The translations under genes were made by a program, and so were the position numbers. From the NCBI GenBank assembly GCA_046290225.1, contig JBKAGE010000061.1, forward strand, positions 1 to 56,012: a DNA stretch of 56,012 nucleotides, in the 5' to 3' direction. Shown here one piece after another: positions 28,804 through 37,314 of the stretch. Below the pieces are notes generated by a model, which saw only the letters and a list, made by a program, of their open reading frames with translations, had not been told where the DNA came from and searched no databases. How positions within the stretch are numbered: the first letter of the stretch is position 1; each line of letters starts with the position of its first letter. The DNA is from Bradymonadia bacterium (GTDB lineage: Bacteria > Myxococcota_A > Bradymonadia > UBA7976 > UBA1532).

Positions 28804-31782
28804 ATGAGATACGCGAAGTGGTGGCTCTTCATCTGCGCGTGGTGGTTGCCGAGCCTCACTGGCGCCACCCCACACGTGGAGCTGAAGGCCAGGCTCGAAG
28901 ACAACACTCTCTCCGGTGTGGCGCGGTGGAGCTGGGTCAACCCAAGCGACCAGCCCATGTCGCAGGCCCAGTTCGTGCTCTGGGCCAACCTCGGCGCCGA
29001 GATCAATCCGCACCTGTCTTCAGTGGCCAACAGCGTGGGCTTCTTCAACGCGTGGGAGCCTTCGAAAACCACGGTGAAAGCCGTGCACGTCGTCGAGGGC
29101 GGCCTGCCCGGCGACGCCCTCGAGTGGTCATTGATCGACGGCCCTGCGCAGATTCAGACGTACAGCCTGAAGCGCTGGGCCCTCGCCGTAAATCTGCCAG
29201 AGGCTGTGGCGCCAGGGGCGTCGGTGACGCTGGAGATTGAGTTCAGCACCACCGTGCCGCACCGCATCGGTGATCAGGGCCACTTCAACGACGACACCAC
29301 GTGGCGCTTCGGCTGGTTCCCCCAGCCGCGTCATTGGGCCGATGGCCAGTGGTCCGACGCGGTGCTCCTGACACCGTTCACCCACGAGACCCGGCTCACA
29401 GTGCCCGATCACCACGGCGTGATCCTGCTCGGCGGTGAGTCCGGTGGCCAGAGCAACATGACCGGGTGGGCCACCTCCTCAGTCCCCGTGCGATCGGTGC
29501 CGGTGTTGATCTCCACCCAGCTGATCCGCCAATCGGTGGAATCCGCCGGGGTGCAGATCGAGGCCTACACCCGAAGCGACGCGGGCATGCTCTCCGATGA
29601 CTCTCGGGCTCAGGGCCAGTGGGTGATCAACCAGCTGCGCAACATGCTTCGCTGGATGGGGGAGCGCTATGGCGACTATCGCCTCAAGCGCCTCGTGGTG
29701 GTGGAGTCGCCGAGCAGCTTCGTGGCCATGGCCGCCGACGGCATGATCCTGCTGAGCGATCTGTGCTTCATCTATGACGACACTTGGCTCGCTGACGGCA
29801 TCTATCGCCCCCGGTGCATCCAGGTGCTCGCCCACGAGCTGGCCCACCAGTGGTGGGGCCTCGGGGTGGGGGTGGCCTTCAACAGCCACAACTGGCTCTC
29901 CGAGGGCATGGCTCAGATGCTGTCGTTGAGCTACACCGAGGCCAACCTCTCGGGGCGCGATGGCTTCGCGCCGAACTTCTTCGTGAAGTGGCTCACGGCG
30001 AACGCCGTGGGTTTTGGCCTGCCAGAGGAGCAGCTCACCCAGGAGCTGACGCCGGCCTACGAGGATGGTGTGCGCTTCGACATCGAAGAGCCGTTGATTT
30101 TGCCCTTTGCCCACGGACGCCACCACGAGGCTGATCCGTACCGGCTGTATCAGAAGGGCTACCTCGCCATTCGAGCGCTGTATGCCTGGTTGGGGGTGGA
30201 GCAGACCGAGGCGCTCCTCAAGGCGATCTATGAAGAGAAAGCCGGCGGCGCCCCCGTAGATGTGGCAGATCTACAACGCAAAGCCCTGGCATTGACCGGG
30301 GTGGATCTGACCCCCTGGGTGAAGGGCCTCGTCGAAGGGACACAGACCGCCAACGTCTCGGTCAACGACTGGTCCATGAGCCCCGACGGCAAGAGCGTGC
30401 AGGTGCAGCTGAGCCGTACAGGTGAGCTCGTGACCCCCATCACGGTGCGGGCTGAGGGTCTCTGGGGCCACGCGGACGTGGTGTGGGACGCCAGCGCCCC
30501 GACACAGACCGTGAAGATCCCCGTCAAAGGCACGGTGGATCGCGTGATCGCTGATCCGGAGATGTGGGCGCCGGACACGCGCCGCTACGACAACGCCCTG
30601 CCCCGAAAGACCCGCTTCAAGTGGCTGGCCCCCACCACGGACAGCGACGCCCATGTGTTGTCGCTGACCCCTCTGCCCGTGGGGCCCTACAAAAACCACG
30701 GTCTGGGCCTGCTGCTCAGCGGCACGCAGTCCAATCGCTGGGGCTGGTCCACAGGTGCCGGGGTAGTGGCCTGGCAGGCATACGCTGCCCCCGGTGAGGA
30801 TGTGGAGGATGATGAGGTGCAGCGGGACTTCGGCCCGTTGAGCTCTGCCAGCGCCGGCGGATGGTGGCGGCTCGATCGCGGCCACACCCTGCTCGCTCGT
30901 GTGTACGGCCACCACAGTCGCACGCTGAATGGTGGCGCGGTCTACACCCTCGGCACCGCATCGGTGGCACACCAGTGGGCGGTGTTCAGAGAGACTGAGC
31001 TGGGCATCACCGGGGTGACCGAGATCCCCCGCCTGGTGTTGAGCGTGGAAGGCCACCTGGACACGTTGGCGATCCACACGCGCCGCTACGGCCTCGAAGA
31101 GGCACCAGGGTTGTCGTTCAACGAGGCCTCCGAGAATCGCATGCTCGAAGACGGATCCACCGACAACTTCGGCCTCGGCGGTCGAGGCATCGTGGGCCTG
31201 ACCTTCAACGAGCTGATCAACCGCGGGCTGGTGCTCACGCTGAGCGGGGGCATGGGGCAGGAGCCTGGAGGCCGTGCTCAATATGGCATCGGCGAGGCTC
31301 TGGCAGTCCACACATGGGTGCTGCCCTGGGCGGCCCGCCTGGTGACGACGGCTCATGGTGGAGTGGTGGGGCCTGCGGCGTTCGAACTCCGCCGGCCGAC
31401 GGTCTTTGCGCTGCCGGCGACATTGGGGGATGGGCTGTTCCGTCTGAATCGCCCATATGACGCTCTCGCAGAAGGTGGCGTCAGGCTGACCTTCCCATTG
31501 CTTCAGGCGCTGCGGATCAAGAACGTGCTCACCCTGGGCACAGTGTTCAACACGCTCTCGATCTCGACCCACTATGGGGCTGTCGTGGGCAGCAACTGGG
31601 GGGCTGATGGCCTCGGTGACTGGTCAGCCCGGGGCGAGGTGGGCGCATCACTCGACATCGGGCTGGCACTTTTCGACGCCCAGACGTTTCAAATTCGCGT
31701 GGGAGCGGGGCTGCCAGTGCCGCCAGATGATGTAGAGCCTGCGGATTGGGGCTGGTTCGTACAGCTGGGTTTGACGCTCTAG
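28804..31782 (+). CDS. Secreted M1-family metallo-aminopeptidase with putative C-terminal outer-membrane beta-barrel
   Basis: Signal peptide, AHELAHQWWG...WLSEG and YQKG motifs; C-terminal ~400 aa of amphipathic beta-strands ending WFVQLGLTL. Confidence 0.8.
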   Translation: MRYAKWWLFICAWWLPSLTGATPHVELKARLEDNTLSGVARWSWVNPSDQPMSQAQFVLWANLGAEINPHLSSVANSVGFFNAWEPSKTTVKAVHVVEGGLPGDALEWSLIDGPAQIQTYSLKRWALAVNLPEAVAPGASVTLEIEFSTTVPHRIGDQGHFNDDTTWRFGWFPQPRHWADGQWSDAVLLTPFTHETRLTVPDHHGVILLGGESGGQSNMTGWATSSVPVRSVPVLISTQLIRQSVESAGVQIEAYTRSDAGMLSDDSRAQGQWVINQLRNMLRWMGERYGDYRLKRLVVVESPSSFVAMAADGMILLSDLCFIYDDTWLADGIYRPRCIQVLAHELAHQWWGLGVGVAFNSHNWLSEGMAQMLSLSYTEANLSGRDGFAPNFFVKWLTANAVGFGLPEEQLTQELTPAYEDGVRFDIEEPLILPFAHGRHHEADPYRLYQKGYLAIRALYAWLGVEQTEALLKAIYEEKAGGAPVDVADLQRKALALTGVDLTPWVKGLVEGTQTANVSVNDWSMSPDGKSVQVQLSRTGELVTPITVRAEGLWGHADVVWDASAPTQTVKIPVKGTVDRVIADPEMWAPDTRRYDNALPRKTRFKWLAPTTDSDAHVLSLTPLPVGPYKNHGLGLLLSGTQSNRWGWSTGAGVVAWQAYAAPGEDVEDDEVQRDFGPLSSASAGGWWRLDRGHTLLARVYGHHSRTLNGGAVYTLGTASVAHQWAVFRETELGITGVTEIPRLVLSVEGHLDTLAIHTRRYGLEEAPGLSFNEASENRMLEDGSTDNFGLGGRGIVGLTFNELINRGLVLTLSGGMGQEPGGRAQYGIGEALAVHTWVLPWAARLVTTAHGGVVGPAAFELRRPTVFALPATLGDGLFRLNRPYDALAEGGVRLTFPLLQALRIKNVLTLGTVFNTLSISTHYGAVVGSNWGADGLGDWSARGEVGASLDIGLALFDAQTFQIRVGAGLPVPPDDVEPADWGWFVQLGLTL

Positions 31783-32340
31783 AGAACTGACCAGGGGCCG
31801 AATCGGGCAATCACGGAGGTGGTGGCTGGGCCTTTGTAGGCAGTCATCGCTTCGCTTTGCCTGCGTAGGCAGCTTTGTCGGCCGGCCTTCGGCCCGCCTT
31901 GGAGCTGCGTACACGTTCGGGCATCCGCTTGCGCGGAACCCCTCCGGGTAGGCAGGGTCGCTCAATGCTGACGCATTGTTTGCTCGCTCCCCTGCGTAAA
32001 AAGTCAGTTCTGGTGTGACTTTGCACTGATTCCGGTGCTGCTGGGGCTTTCGCCGAGCATTCACACTCAGAGGCTTGCAGGTTCGCGGTAGGTCGAATCC
32101 CGGCGGGGTTCAGCAACGAGATACAGAAGAAGCTCTTTACGCAGGGGAGCGAGCGAGAAGGGCGAACCTGAGCAGGCTGGCTTCGCGCGCGGTGCCCAGC
32201 GTACGCGCCAGACGAGGCGGTCCGCAGGACTGCCGAAGGCCGGCGCCTACGCAGGCAGAGCGAAGCGATGACTGCCTACAAAGGCCCAGCCACCACCTCC
32301 GTGATTGCCCGATTCGGCTCTTGGCCTGTTCTCTAGAGCG
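31775..32340. repeat. Large palindromic intergenic element B (core inverted relative to element A)
   Basis: Inverted arms from CGCTCTAGAGAAC...GCCTTTGTAGGCAGTCATCGCTTCGCT to ...CCTACAAAGGC...GTTCTCTAGAGCG; core is the reverse-complement homolog of 17096-17230. Confidence 0.9.
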
Positions 32341-35176
32341 CCAGGAGTCGTCGGAGCACCCCATCCGGCTCCGCGAGCCCCAATGTCAGAATCTCCCGCA
32401 CTCGAGAGGGTGTATCCGCCGTGGCGTAGATCCGAAGCTGTGGCGCGTTCCCAGAGGGTCGAATGTGGGCGACGTCACCGCTCGAAAAGCGCACCCGGAC
32501 CCCATCGAGGAAGTTGATCCCCACCACCGGCCCGAAGTCGGGGCCGAACTGTGTCTCGAGCGTGGCGCACACGCCCTCGAGCTCTGCGGCGAGCCCGTCA
32601 CCCATGCTGTGCGATTCACCCGTAGCATCCTGCCAGCGGGGCGTGTCACCCAGCTCTACGGACTTCACCGCCGAGTCGCTCGGGCGGATGCGGGCCAGCA
32701 GCGCCATGCTCTGATCGCGTGGCACCTCGTCGAGCAGGCCCGCGCCGCTGAAGCGTTGGGGCAGGCGGTCGAAGAGCGCGCTCAGAGGCACACCCTCCCG
32801 CTTCGCCATCCACAGGGCTGTGACGATGGGCAGCACTGCGTCGCGGGTGGGCAAAGGCGCCAGAGCTCCACCCGGTAGAGGCAGGGGTGATCCTGTGAGG
32901 AACCCGCCGTTCGCCTCCCAGCCCACCACTCGATCACCCGACAGGCGATCCATCGCCGCGATCACCCAGGGCGAGCCGATGCGGGTGCGCTCCACCTGCA
33001 CCCCCCGAGGAGCAAAGTGGGCGTCGATGAGATCGTTCGCGCTCACCGGTACTGCCAACGCGTCCGCGTCGAGGGCTTCTGCCACCACCGCGCCGAGGAT
33101 GTCACCGCCGAAGAAGCGGACCTCGCCGTCGTGTACCCCGAGCACCATGGGTCGATCGCTGTCACCGTCCGTGGACACCAGAGCGTCGATGGGGCCCACC
33201 TCGGCCTCCACCCCTTTCACCATGTTTTGAAGGTGGACCAGCAGATCGTCGCCGATCGCCTCGGTGTCGATGGCCACGAACTCAGCCGAGCGGCCCACGG
33301 GATGCACCGTGGCGCCGAGGCCCCGCAAGATCTCCACGATGAGCGTGCGACCTACGGCGGAGTGCTCGTAGAACGCCACCGTGATCCCATCGAGGGCGCC
33401 CGAGGGGAAGGCGTCGAGTGCTCGGGCGCGATACATCTCGCGGGCGGCAGATTGCTCAGGTGGCAGCGAGGTGAGCCGACCCTCGCGGCCCATGCCCGCG
33501 TCATCGAAGTGCGAGTCGTTTGCTGCGCGGCCGTACTCCAGAGCCCGCACCCGAGCCACCGCGGCGAGGATGGGCTGCTCGTCCGTTTTGAGCACCTCAC
33601 CCTTCGAAGTGTTGAACTTGATGCCGTTGCGATCGAAGGGGATGTGGCTGCCGGTGATCATGATGCTCGGCCAGCGGCGCTGAATGCCGAAGAAAGTCAG
33701 CGCCGGTGTGGGCAGGCGTCCGCAATACACCGGAGACAAGCCTGCGTCCCGTACAGCCTGAGCCACAGCCCGTGAAATGCGGGGCGAGCTCGGGCGCAGA
33801 TCGCACCCGAGGGCCACCGGCGTGCCCGGCACCGCGTCGCCCGTGTCCACGAGATAGGCAAGAAAGCCTCGGGTGTTGATGTAGGCCTCGAGATCCGTGA
33901 TGTCGGTCACCAGGCCACGCAGGCCACTTGTGCCGAAGGCCAGAGGCTTCGGAGTACGGCCTCGGAAGGTCGATGCTTCACCACCTGGCATCCGCACCCG
34001 GAAGATCTGAAGCCCTTCTCCCTGAAGTCGATACTCTGTGCCCGGGGCGATGAAAGCGCTCACCCCGCTCTTCAACTGCAGAGATGCCCCGTCGGGCCCT
34101 TGGAGCAGACCCTCACCTGCGCCGATGGCCAGCACCAGCTCGGGCCCGTCAGCGTGTCGGATCACCGTGGCGCCCGTGAGCCGATGACTGCGCAGCTCGA
34201 ATGCCGATGTCGGGGTGGGGTAGATCTGCTCGGCCGCCCCGTCTGTGCCCAGCGTCACCGCCTCCATGGGGATCGGTGCCCGGGCGTCGCTGCGCACCAC
34301 CTTCAGCAGCTCTGCAGGATCGACATGCTTTTGGGTCAGGCCCGCCCGAAGCACATTGTCAGAACAGGCCATCAGCTCGATGCCCGCGCCCTTCAGGTAG
34401 GCGTGGGGCACCCCTGCGGGCAGGAACATGCCCTGACCCGGGTTCAGTCTCACATGGTCCAGCAACAGCACGAAGAGCAGGCCGCGGTCGGGTTGATCCC
34501 CACCTGTCTCCTGGTGGATTTGCAGCGCCAAGCGGGCGGGCGTCGAAGCCTTTGGTGCTGTGGCGAGCTCTTCGAGCCAGCGGCTCAGCGCCGGCACCAC
34601 CACATCGTCGGGGCATGCGAGATAGGCTTCGACGAGGGCCTGGATGCCCGCTGTGCTCGCCTCGAAGGGCGGCAAGATCGACGACACCGCCGTCGCCTGC
34701 TCGAGCAAAGTGGCGATCTCGCTCGGATCTCGAAATCCGCACAGGGCCTCGAAGGGGGTCAGCGCCACCATCAGCTCGGGCTTGTGCGATGCGTCTCGAT
34801 AGCGGCGATGAGCAGCATCACGGGGCACCCCGGCGGCCTCTTCTGCTTCGAAGCCCGCCAGAGCCTGCGCAGAGTTGGGGTGCACTTGGATCGACAGTGG
34901 CTGAGCGGCGGCGAGGATCTTGAGCAGATAGGGCAGCTCGGCGTGATCGCCGAGCAGGGCAGCGCCATGGGTGGTCAGGAGCGCGTCGAGGGGCTGTCGC
35001 TCACCATCGACGATGGCCTCGGAGGGCGCCGCAGCATGGGCGCCGAACCAGGCCTCTGCGCAGGGCTGATCAGAGGCAGGCATGCCCAGGGCCTCGGGGA
35101 TGAACGTCGTGTCACCCCACGCATAGTGTCGGAGGTTGGGCACCAGTTGGATCACGGCGGGTACGGTCGAGGTCAT
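32333..35176 (-). CDS. Fusion of mannose-6-phosphate isomerase class I and phosphomannomutase
   Basis: N-half YAWG, EAWFGAH, LSIQVHP, HKPEL, PHAY; C-half FGTSGLRG, ITGSHIP, DGDSDRP, GWEANGG, IRPSGNAP. Confidence 0.92.
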   Translation of the reverse strand: MTSTVPAVIQLVPNLRHYAWGDTTFIPEALGMPASDQPCAEAWFGAHAAAPSEAIVDGERQPLDALLTTHGAALLGDHAELPYLLKILAAAQPLSIQVHPNSAQALAGFEAEEAAGVPRDAAHRRYRDASHKPELMVALTPFEALCGFRDPSEIATLLEQATAVSSILPPFEASTAGIQALVEAYLACPDDVVVPALSRWLEELATAPKASTPARLALQIHQETGGDQPDRGLLFVLLLDHVRLNPGQGMFLPAGVPHAYLKGAGIELMACSDNVLRAGLTQKHVDPAELLKVVRSDARAPIPMEAVTLGTDGAAEQIYPTPTSAFELRSHRLTGATVIRHADGPELVLAIGAGEGLLQGPDGASLQLKSGVSAFIAPGTEYRLQGEGLQIFRVRMPGGEASTFRGRTPKPLAFGTSGLRGLVTDITDLEAYINTRGFLAYLVDTGDAVPGTPVALGCDLRPSSPRISRAVAQAVRDAGLSPVYCGRLPTPALTFFGIQRRWPSIMITGSHIPFDRNGIKFNTSKGEVLKTDEQPILAAVARVRALEYGRAANDSHFDDAGMGREGRLTSLPPEQSAAREMYRARALDAFPSGALDGITVAFYEHSAVGRTLIVEILRGLGATVHPVGRSAEFVAIDTEAIGDDLLVHLQNMVKGVEAEVGPIDALVSTDGDSDRPMVLGVHDGEVRFFGGDILGAVVAEALDADALAVPVSANDLIDAHFAPRGVQVERTRIGSPWVIAAMDRLSGDRVVGWEANGGFLTGSPLPLPGGALAPLPTRDAVLPIVTALWMAKREGVPLSALFDRLPQRFSGAGLLDEVPRDQSMALLARIRPSDSAVKSVELGDTPRWQDATGESHSMGDGLAAELEGVCATLETQFGPDFGPVVGINFLDGVRVRFSSGDVAHIRPSGNAPQLRIYATADTPSRVREILTLGLAEPDGVLRRLLAL

Positions 35177-35268
35177 GGGGCTCTCCGCTCAGCGTTCGCG
35201 AGACGCTGTGAGTTCTACCATGAGACACTGAGTCGCCAAGAAGGCGCCCTGACTCAACCGGGAGCAGT

Positions 35269-35514
35269 ATGAGGAAGAAACTGATACAGCAGGCGAAGAA
35301 CATCGGCGAGAGGTCGAAGGAAGAAGGCGCAGGGAGCCTGTCTGGCCTGAGGCCAGACGCTTCGGAGTCGACAGAGGCAAAGCCGGCGGAGCGTAGAAGC
35401 GCCCGAAGGGCAGGTTCTGAAGAAGCACTGAGCATTTCTGAGTTCGAGATCTCGCCGATGGGCGAGCCTGATGTGACAGGTTATTCCTCATACTGCTCTA
35501 AAGGGACCATGTGA
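35269..35514 (+). CDS. Small hypothetical peptide (81 aa)
   Basis: GGGAG RBS; fills the gap and stops 3 nt from the convergent Rrf2 stop. Confidence 0.4.
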   Translation: MRKKLIQQAKNIGERSKEEGAGSLSGLRPDASESTEAKPAERRSARRAGSEEALSISEFEISPMGEPDVTGYSSYCSKGTM

Positions 35515-35517
35515 AGT

Positions 35518-35973
35518 TCAGTCGTCGTTGTGACAGCACGCCATCATCTGATCGTAGACCGTGGCCTGCAGGCGGCAGAGCGTGATCTCACCGAGGCGGC
35601 TCTTGAGCACCTCTTCGATGTCGTTGAACAAGACCGTGAGCCAGGTGTTGATGTGGGGGGCCACAGCGCACTTCTCGTTGGGGCCGCCTGGGGGGGTGGT
35701 GAAGAGCACCTCGTCGCGTCCGATCGACTCGTACACCTGACGCAGGGTGATGGTGCTGGCGCAGCGGGCCAGTCGCGCGCCGCCGCCGGCACCGCGGCGG
35801 GTCTCGATGATGCCTGCCCGTTGCAGCTCGGCCATGACTTTGCGCACCACCACCGGGTGGGTGCAGATGCTCTTGGCGATGGCGTTCGAGGTCATCGAGC
35901 AGCCGGGTTTGCTGCGCTCGAACACGGCGAGCATGCCGAGGATGTGGACCGAAATGGCGAAGCGGCTCGTCAT
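35518..35973 (-). CDS. Rrf2 family transcriptional regulator
   Basis: SRFAISVHIL, IAKSICTHPVVVRK and RGAGGGARLA...ITL motifs. Confidence 0.92.
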   Translation of the reverse strand: MTSRFAISVHILGMLAVFERSKPGCSMTSNAIAKSICTHPVVVRKVMAELQRAGIIETRRGAGGGARLARCASTITLRQVYESIGRDEVLFTTPPGGPNEKCAVAPHINTWLTVLFNDIEEVLKSRLGEITLCRLQATVYDQMMACCHNDD

Positions 35974-36284
35974 CGCGTCGGGCTCGAAGATGTGCGTGTA
36001 CGGACCATACTACCCGACCTTTGCGACAAGCGCTCGATGAGACTGCATACTTAGAGGTCCTAACCAAACAGCTCCCGTCACCAGTGCCGCGATGTACTTC
36101 GCGAGACAACCAAAACCGTCCTCGACGATGCTTTGGCATCGCCTGCGGGTCTTCTGGATGTCTCGCTCGTACCTCACGACCCTGGCTCGGTCCGCTGTTG
36201 TGTCAGTACCTCTTAAAAAGCCACCGGTGCCTGAGAAGATTCATGGTGCAGGGCATAAAACGGACCAGCGTCCGTGTTCTTCAT

Positions 36285-37175
36285 TCACCGTCGGCGTCGC
36301 ATCAGCCCCTCTTGAACAGTGCTCGCCACCAATCGCCCGTCCATCGTGTAGAACTGCCCCCGCACCAGCCCTCGAGCGCCTGAAGCCGAGGGGCTCTCTA
36401 CGGTGTGGAGCAACCACTCGTCCATGCGGAACGGCCGGTGGAACCACATGGCGTGGTCCAGGCTGGCCACCTGCATGCCCGGGGTGAGCCACGACACGCC
36501 GTGGGGCTGCATCGCCGTGGTCAGGAAGTGAAAGTCAGAGGCGTAGGCCAGAAGGTAGCGGTGTAGAGACGGATCGTCGGGCAGAGGCCCTGCGGTCTTG
36601 TACCAGGTGGCCCGAACAGGGGGCAGCATGCCTGGGTGCATGGGGTTCACGGGGTTCACCGGGCGAATCTCGATGGGTCGATCGCTCACCGCCCGCTTGC
36701 GCATCTTCAGGGGGATCTGATCGATGACCTGTCGGGCGAGCTCCAGCTCCGAGGGCAGCCCCTCGGGTCCGGGGGTCTCGGGCATCTCGTCCTGATGGTC
36801 GAAGCCCGCCTCGATGCGTTGGAACGACGCCGCGAGGTTGAAGATGGCCTTGCCGTCCTGGATCGCCACCACGCGTCGGGTGGTGAAGCTGCCACCGTTT
36901 CGAATGCGATCGACGTGGTAGACCACGGGGCGATCCACCTTGCCAGGGCGCAGGAAATAGCCATGCAGTGAATGCACCGGTCGAGGATCGTCAGGGGTGT
37001 CCTCCACGGTCTGGGCCGCAGCGCTCAGGGCCTGCCCCAGCACTTGGCCACCGAAGACTGTGCCCCAGCCGAGATCCTGGCTCTGACCCCGGAACAGGTC
37101 TTCTTCGATCTTCTCGAGGCTGAGCTGATCGATCAGCTCTTGCAGAACAGGGTTGGCGGTCTCTTCGGTGTGCAT
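36285..37175 (-). CDS. tesB: Acyl-CoA thioesterase II
   Basis: VFGGQVLGQAL, HSLHGYFLRPG, LAYASD, ASLDHAMWFHRP and QEGL motifs. Confidence 0.96.
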   Translation of the reverse strand: MHTEETANPVLQELIDQLSLEKIEEDLFRGQSQDLGWGTVFGGQVLGQALSAAAQTVEDTPDDPRPVHSLHGYFLRPGKVDRPVVYHVDRIRNGGSFTTRRVVAIQDGKAIFNLAASFQRIEAGFDHQDEMPETPGPEGLPSELELARQVIDQIPLKMRKRAVSDRPIEIRPVNPVNPMHPGMLPPVRATWYKTAGPLPDDPSLHRYLLAYASDFHFLTTAMQPHGVSWLTPGMQVASLDHAMWFHRPFRMDEWLLHTVESPSASGARGLVRGQFYTMDGRLVASTVQEGLMRRRR

Positions 37176-37314
37176 CGGCGTCCTCTTCTTGGCGGCCTGG
37201 CATGTTCATCGAAGCCCGGCCTGGATGCCCGCACTATAGCCAGCGCATCGCAGGAAAAAAGATTCACCACAGCAGCCTGTAAAGCCCCCTCGTCCAACAC
37301 TGAGGAGGCTCTAC

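Noticed and set aside
32078..32115. tRNA-like T-arm (GGTCGAATCCCGGCGGGG) in the element core; also at 17120-17145 on the reverse strand
   Set aside because: No TTC in the T-loop, and no acceptor stem, D-arm or anticodon arm could be built.
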